A stretch of 64,000 bases of DNA from an uncultured Candidatus Saccharimonadales bacterium. GTDB taxonomy: Bacteria > Patescibacteriota > Saccharimonadia > UBA4664. Within the stretch, counting starts at the first letter, position 1. Each line of letters begins with the position of its first letter. Under the pieces are notes generated by a model. That model had not been told where the DNA came from. It saw nothing but the letters and a program-made list of their open reading frames with translations, and did not search any database. Below, in pieces: positions 59,674 to 64,000 of this stretch. The stretch spans positions 45,816 to 109,815 of the forward strand of contig CAZSRA010000001.1 of NCBI GenBank assembly GCA_964609585.1, in the 5' to 3' direction. Made by a program: the position numbers and the translations under genes.

Positions 59674-62562
59674 CTATTTCTGGAAAAGTTCGAGAAGGTC
59701 CTTTTCCGCATAGTGTTTTGCAATACCGGTTTGAGCTAGCATGTAGTCGACAGCTGTTTGCATATTGATTTTTTTGTCTTGAGAAAGACCTTTGTAGAGT
59801 ATCCGAGCATACTGGGGTGATGGTGGGACGTGTGGTGTTTGGGGTCTGGCGGCGGTAAGGGTAAAGATGGGGTAGCCGTCTTTTTCGCCACAGTAGAGCA
59901 AAAGATTATAGTAACCGGTATCTTTGCCTACGAGGGCGCGGCCTTTTTCGATAGCTTCCTTAAAAGGAAGTGGCGTGGATGTTTTGAGATCATTTTGCTG
60001 GGCTATGATGTCTTCGAATTGCTCGACAGTGATAAGGTGAGCTCGCGATATGGTATGAGCCTCGGCATTATATTCGGGGTTAATAATTGCCATCCCACCG
60101 GTCCAGGTTTTTGATTCACCAGCAAAATAAAGGGTATGGGGGAGAGCCATGAAGCGATTTTGAGGCGGCAGGGTCTTGTCGCGACAGCCGGGATACACTT
60201 CTGTACCATCAGCCGTGCGCCCACCCAGTATGACGTGCTTAAAATGCTCGCGTGACAGCCCTGTGCCATAGGTGGCATACCATACATGTGTGGTTTTCGC
60301 GATGCTCGTGAGTGCCGCAGAGGGTTTTATAGCAACTTGTTTTATATAGGTTTCGAGAATGGTACCAAATTGTTCGAAGCTGCTTTTTGAGAGCCACTCT
60401 GCATCGGTATGGCGGCCGCCACTTATGGGCGAGACGACAATCGTGGGTATGCCAAGGGCACTGAAGTAGCGGCCGTCGGTAGCACCATAACTATATGACG
60501 CCACAGGTTTTAGGCCGGTGACATTGCCAATAAGTGTTTGGAATTTCTTGGTGTAGGGGCTATTGACGTCGTTAATACAGGGTGCCGCACTGGCGACTAG
60601 ACGACAGCTTATGTCGTGAGTTTGGCAGATGGCTTGGATTTTGGGATAGAGCTGGTTGTAGTCGTCAAGGCTTCCGAAGCGGATGTCGAGAAGCGCTGAA
60701 GCCTCGGTTGAAATTTGGTTGCTGACTCCACCGCCCTCAATGGCGCCGATTGATAAGGTGGTGTTTTTACGATTTTTGCTAGATGGGATGAGTTTTTCAA
60801 TGGCCTGGAGGGCGCCAAGCAGCTTGCCGATGGCGCTTATGCCCTCCCAAGGTCTAGAGGCATGACCTCTTTGACCGCTAGCTTTGAGCTCAATGGCCTG
60901 GACACCTTTGGCAAAGGCTTCGATTTGCCAATTTTCGCCGCCATCAGGCACGATGACGACACTGGGGCGAAGGTTAATTTGATTAAGGACGCCACCGACA
61001 CCATTTACCCCGCCAACCTCTTCATCGGTGGTGATGAGGATGCCGAAGTCGTAGGCTTCAAGATTGTCCCCCAGAGCGTCGACGACGGCGAGGTAACTGG
61101 CAATGGCAAATTTCATGTCGGCTACACCGCGGCCGCGGAAGTTGCCATTTTTTAGCGTTAGTCTAAAATCTTCTGGGTTGGCCGGCACAACATCGACATG
61201 AGCATTTAAGAGCACGGTGGGCGTGAGATTCTCGGGTGTGGTGGTGGCTAGTAATGAACTGACGCCATTTTGTTCGTAACGGGTAATATGCAGACCGCGT
61301 TTGGCGAGAAATTGCTCAATAAAACGCAGGGCAGCTTCGTTGGCCGCGGTATCGCTTGTGACGGTGGGCATGGCAATGAGTTGCTCAAGGAGGCTTGTTT
61401 GGAGTGACTGGAGGTTGACTGCCGGCTCGATCTGTGGCGTGGCTGGACCGGCTGGTAGGGGGTTTTGCAGATAGGCGAGTAAGATGGAGCGGTATTCGTC
61501 AAAGGACGCAAGCTCGACGCATTCATCGTCACTATGCGAACCCGAACCGTAGAGGCCGAACTCAATAATGTCGTTGCCGACTGCAGCGAAGTGGCGACCA
61601 TCACTGGCGGCTGGTCGACCAAGGAATTGCGGTTTGTGTCCGGTAACTTGTAGCATTGCTGCACTGAGGCCTTGGACGTAAGGGTTGAGCTCTTCCACGT
61701 TAATGGCGGGCTCAAAAGTAGCCAGGTTTATGAGCTCGGCTTCGGGATCGAGGCTCTTGATGAAGGCTTCTAGATTGTCGCGCGATTGGAAAACGGGGTC
61801 TTCTTGCGTGAAGCGGAAGTCGATTTTGAGAATGGCGCTGTCGGGGACTTTGTTGTAAGCGTCGTTGGGGGTGTAGAGGTTGGCGACACTGGCTGTGGTT
61901 GTCCAGGTTTCTTTGTCTGGGGTGGGGTAGTGCTTGAGGACGGCGCCAGCGAAGTCCCCGGCTTTGACGACGGCGTTTGTGCCATGCCATAAATGGCCGC
62001 CATGGGCTGATTTGCCTTTGATTCTAATTTCGGCCCAGCAGATTCCGCGAGCGGCGTTGTAGATGGCGTGACGATTGTTGGCGTATTCACCCATGATGAC
62101 AAAATTGGCTCGTACACCTTGCTCGATTTGGTATTGAGCGCCGCCATGGCCACCGATTTCTTCGTCGGTGACGATTTGTAGGCCAAGAGCATAGGGGACT
62201 TTATCTGCAAGTTCACAAAAAACACTGGTGAGTACAGCAGCGGTGCCTTTCATGTCGAGGGCGCCACGTCCATAGAGTTTGCCGTTTCGGATGGTGGGCT
62301 TGAAGAGTTTTGGGGTGCCGGGGACGACGTCGACGTGAGCATTGAGCAGGATATCGAATTTTTTTGGCCTAGTGGGGCCGTAGTAGGCGAGGAAGCTTGG
62401 TTTGTCGCCACGATTAAAATGCTCGATGGTGAGCTCAGGATTTTTGGCAACTTGGGCTTCGATTAGATCAATGGCTGCCTGCAGCGCGGCAGGATTGTCG
62501 GCTGAAGAGGGTATGGCGATGAGTTGTTTGGTGGTTTCGATGATTTGATCGGTGGTGCGCAT
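59674..62562 (-). CDS. Fusion of two M20 (ArgE/DapE-like) metallopeptidases + C-terminal GGCT-like domain
   Basis: Both halves have LLNAHVDVVP, GRGxxDMK, TDEExGG, DGRxF and a terminal His; the tail begins VWYATYGTGL...YPGCRD...LYFAGESKTWTGG. Confidence 0.85.
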   Translation of the reverse strand: MRTTDQIIETTKQLIAIPSSADNPAALQAAIDLIEAQVAKNPELTIEHFNRGDKPSFLAYYGPTRPKKFDILLNAHVDVVPGTPKLFKPTIRNGKLYGRGALDMKGTAAVLTSVFCELADKVPYALGLQIVTDEEIGGHGGAQYQIEQGVRANFVIMGEYANNRHAIYNAARGICWAEIRIKGKSAHGGHLWHGTNAVVKAGDFAGAVLKHYPTPDKETWTTTASVANLYTPNDAYNKVPDSAILKIDFRFTQEDPVFQSRDNLEAFIKSLDPEAELINLATFEPAINVEELNPYVQGLSAAMLQVTGHKPQFLGRPAASDGRHFAAVGNDIIEFGLYGSGSHSDDECVELASFDEYRSILLAYLQNPLPAGPATPQIEPAVNLQSLQTSLLEQLIAMPTVTSDTAANEAALRFIEQFLAKRGLHITRYEQNGVSSLLATTTPENLTPTVLLNAHVDVVPANPEDFRLTLKNGNFRGRGVADMKFAIASYLAVVDALGDNLEAYDFGILITTDEEVGGVNGVGGVLNQINLRPSVVIVPDGGENWQIEAFAKGVQAIELKASGQRGHASRPWEGISAIGKLLGALQAIEKLIPSSKNRKNTTLSIGAIEGGGVSNQISTEASALLDIRFGSLDDYNQLYPKIQAICQTHDISCRLVASAAPCINDVNSPYTKKFQTLIGNVTGLKPVASYSYGATDGRYFSALGIPTIVVSPISGGRHTDAEWLSKSSFEQFGTILETYIKQVAIKPSAALTSIAKTTHVWYATYGTGLSREHFKHVILGGRTADGTEVYPGCRDKTLPPQNRFMALPHTLYFAGESKTWTGGMAIINPEYNAEAHTISRAHLITVEQFEDIIAQQNDLKTSTPLPFKEAIEKGRALVGKDTGYYNLLLYCGEKDGYPIFTLTAARPQTPHVPPSPQYARILYKGLSQDKKINMQTAVDYMLAQTGIAKHYAEKDLLELFQK

Positions 62563-62583
62563 GATGATTTTCCGGTGGTTATT

Positions 62584-62617
62584 AAAAAGCCGCTCCTATT
62601 TTTTTGGAGCGGCTTTT
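62584..62617 (-). terminator. Attenuator terminator in the leader of the M20 fusion gene
   Basis: Minus strand AAAAGCCGCTCC-AAAAAAATA-GGAGCGGCTTTTT, ending about 21 nt before the ATG. Confidence 0.85.
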
Positions 62618-62645
62618 CTGGGTTCGTGTTTCGGAGATTAACGCG

Positions 62646-62753
62646 TTAGCCAGTTGCCGCTCGGGGCATAATGAATACCCAAGGCAGAATAACCAGGCTC
62701 AGACGGAGGTTGGCGACACGAGTAACGGCATGTTCTGTCCGTGCGTTTTTCAT
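62646..62753 (-). CDS. 35-aa leader peptide MKNARTEHAVTRVANLRLSLVILPWVFIMPRAATG
   Basis: Manually translated; lies between the promoter and terminator; its 3' end carries the antiterminator strand. Confidence 0.7.
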   Translation of the reverse strand: MKNARTEHAVTRVANLRLSLVILPWVFIMPRAATG

Positions 62754-62760
62754 AACTTAG

Positions 62761-62790
62761 AGCCTAGCATGGGTATCTGGTGGTTGTCAA
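62761..62790 (-). promoter_or_regulatory. Sigma70 promoter with extended -10
   Basis: TTGACA (62790-62785), 18 nt, TAGGCT (62766-62761) preceded by TGn; ATG 7 nt downstream. Confidence 0.75.
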
Positions 62791-62835
62791 AAATTATAAG
62801 CATTAAGGCTTTTAGATAATTTCATGGAGTCTTGG

Positions 62836-62906
62836 GGAGGAGCGAGCGCTTGTGGCGCCCGCTCCTCCTCGGTTGAGCTGATCAGCAGCGGGTGAGCGCT
62901 GATCAG
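62836..62906 (-). terminator. Tandem GC hairpins downstream of the GCS2-like gene
   Basis: GGAGGAGCG..CGCTCCTCC (62836-62868) and CTGATCAGC..GCTGATCAG (62878-62906). Confidence 0.6.
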
Positions 62907-62925
62907 AGGATGGTTGTACGAACGA

Positions 62926-63999
62926 CTATGCAGCAGCCATGAGCCATTCTCCGCAGGGACGACCGAGACCGCCGGCGCTGTGCTCGGAGTCGAGATACGT
63001 TGCGGTGACTCGGTGCAGCCGCTGGCCGATCGAACCGTGTTCGGCGTTGTACTCGGCGCGGAACCATTGGTAGGGAGTTGCGCCGAGGGTGACGCGCTGT
63101 TCGACAATGCTAAGTTGCTTGTCGGCTTCGTCGCGCGAGATACCGCTTCGCACGAGAGCATCCGAGAGATCGGGGAAGAGCTGCAGGATGAACCGATCGG
63201 CGGCCCACTCGGTCATGCCGTTGGGTCCAGGGAACTGGAACTTAGCCTCCAGTCCAAGACGGGCGGCTTCGTAGAAGTTCCTCTTGGCGATGCCGATCTC
63301 AAAGCCATCACCGATCCATGACTCGATGCGATCGGCGAGTAGCTCGATGAGGGCGCAGACGAAGGCCGCGTTAGCTGCCATGTCTGCTACCGTCGGAGGG
63401 GCTCCGAGAGGACGGACTTCGTGCCTCAACCCATCCACGCCGGGAATGGGGCGGTTCCACGGATAGCTCGAGTGAAGTCCGGCACCAAGCTCTATCATCG
63501 CTCTGAGTCGTGTTGCTTCGTCCATCTCGCCGCTGAGATCCGGCAGAAGTGGACTAGAGGCGACGCTGCGACGGAAAAGCAGTATGGGGTCTGTAGCCCA
63601 CTCTTCGTCGAAGTAAGCCAAGCCTCGAGTAGCGGCTTCGAACACCGGGATGCGGGGTTCCGCACCTACGTCCTTGCCGAATAGGAATGTTCCACTTGCG
63701 CAAGCTGCCACCATCAGGGCGAGGGCCGCGAGTATGGCGTTGTGACGTCGGGCGAAGTTCTCCACTGAGGTTGAGCGGTGAACCTGGAAAGAGGTGTTCA
63801 CGCCCTCGAGCCCCACGCAGCGTGTGATTATGCTGAGGTGATCTCGACTTCCTTGGAGGTCGAGCTTGATGAGCCCGTAGAGCTGCTGAAGCCGTCGGTT
63901 GAGTTCGCGGTACCGCGGGCTGGCGCTCAGATTTCTCTCCCGCGTATCGCTCAATCTCATCGTGGGCAAGATGCCGAAGAAGCCAACTTGGCCTCCCAG
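62926..63999 (-). CDS. Divergent glutamate--cysteine ligase (GCS2)-family protein (5'-truncated)
   Basis: GILPT, PRYRELN, TSFQVH, FLFGK, RIPVFE, WNRP, PTVADMAANAAF, NFYEAARLG; frame is open to the window end. Confidence 0.8.
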   Translation of the reverse strand: MGGQVGFFGILPTMRLSDTRERNLSASPRYRELNRRLQQLYGLIKLDLQGSRDHLSIITRCVGLEGVNTSFQVHRSTSVENFARRHNAILAALALMVAACASGTFLFGKDVGAEPRIPVFEAATRGLAYFDEEWATDPILLFRRSVASSPLLPDLSGEMDEATRLRAMIELGAGLHSSYPWNRPIPGVDGLRHEVRPLGAPPTVADMAANAAFVCALIELLADRIESWIGDGFEIGIAKRNFYEAARLGLEAKFQFPGPNGMTEWAADRFILQLFPDLSDALVRSGISRDEADKQLSIVEQRVTLGATPYQWFRAEYNAEHGSIGQRLHRVTATYLDSEHSAGGLGRPCGEWLMAAA

Positions 64000-64000
64000 T

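Noticed and set aside
62646-62753. SecM/Apd-type arrest peptide reading of the leader
   Set aside because: It ends PRAATG, not RAGP/RAPP, and the downstream gene is not a translocation factor; the attenuator model fits better, though arrest is not fully excluded.
1-64000. Diversity-generating retroelement
   Set aside because: No reverse transcriptase, and no near-identical repeat pair with adenine-specific mismatches was noticed; a computational repeat search would be needed to exclude a remote target.
1-64000. CRISPR array, tRNA or rRNA genes
   Set aside because: No regularly spaced direct repeats or recognisable tRNA/rRNA motifs were seen by eye.
1-64000. Alternative genetic code (TGA=Gly, code 25)
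   Set aside because: TGA ends conserved genes correctly (parA, tsf, prfA), and long genes have no in-frame TGA.

Overview
Bacterial chromosome segment, inferred to be Patescibacteria/CPR, most likely Saccharibacteria. Support: reduced gene order rpsB-tsf-frr-uppS-rseP-proS without pyrH/cdsA/dxr, short ProS and EF-Ts, and giant Gly/Thr/Ala/Ser-rich surface proteins. TGA is used as a stop (code 11). The + strand looks G/T-rich throughout, consistent with a single replichore. 1-42 kb is a cell-surface island. It has four very large secreted fibre/propeller proteins and four paralogous secreted subunits ending GxYxxxxxxxxT(G/A)x(F/Y), with a DUF916/WxLIP-like partner. It also has two copies each of an Fn3-Ig protein ending in a Cys-less TlpA fold and of a multi-TM Cache protein with no output domain, plus an orphan receiver. 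42-59 kb is housekeeping: parAB, lepB, LCP, htrA, prmC, prfA, rpmE, rpsB, tsf, frr, uppS, rseP, proS. Notable features outside the ORF track: (1) a 35-codon leader-peptide attenuator upstream of a double-M20 peptidase fusion; (2) a transcriptional T-box with an ultrashort stem I before proS; (3) four scattered GC-rich singleton genes, each followed by a long hairpin lacking a U-tail; (4) many apparently leaderless genes; (5) two MITE/palindrome-like elements. All family assignments are by visual motif recognition; no database searches were run.
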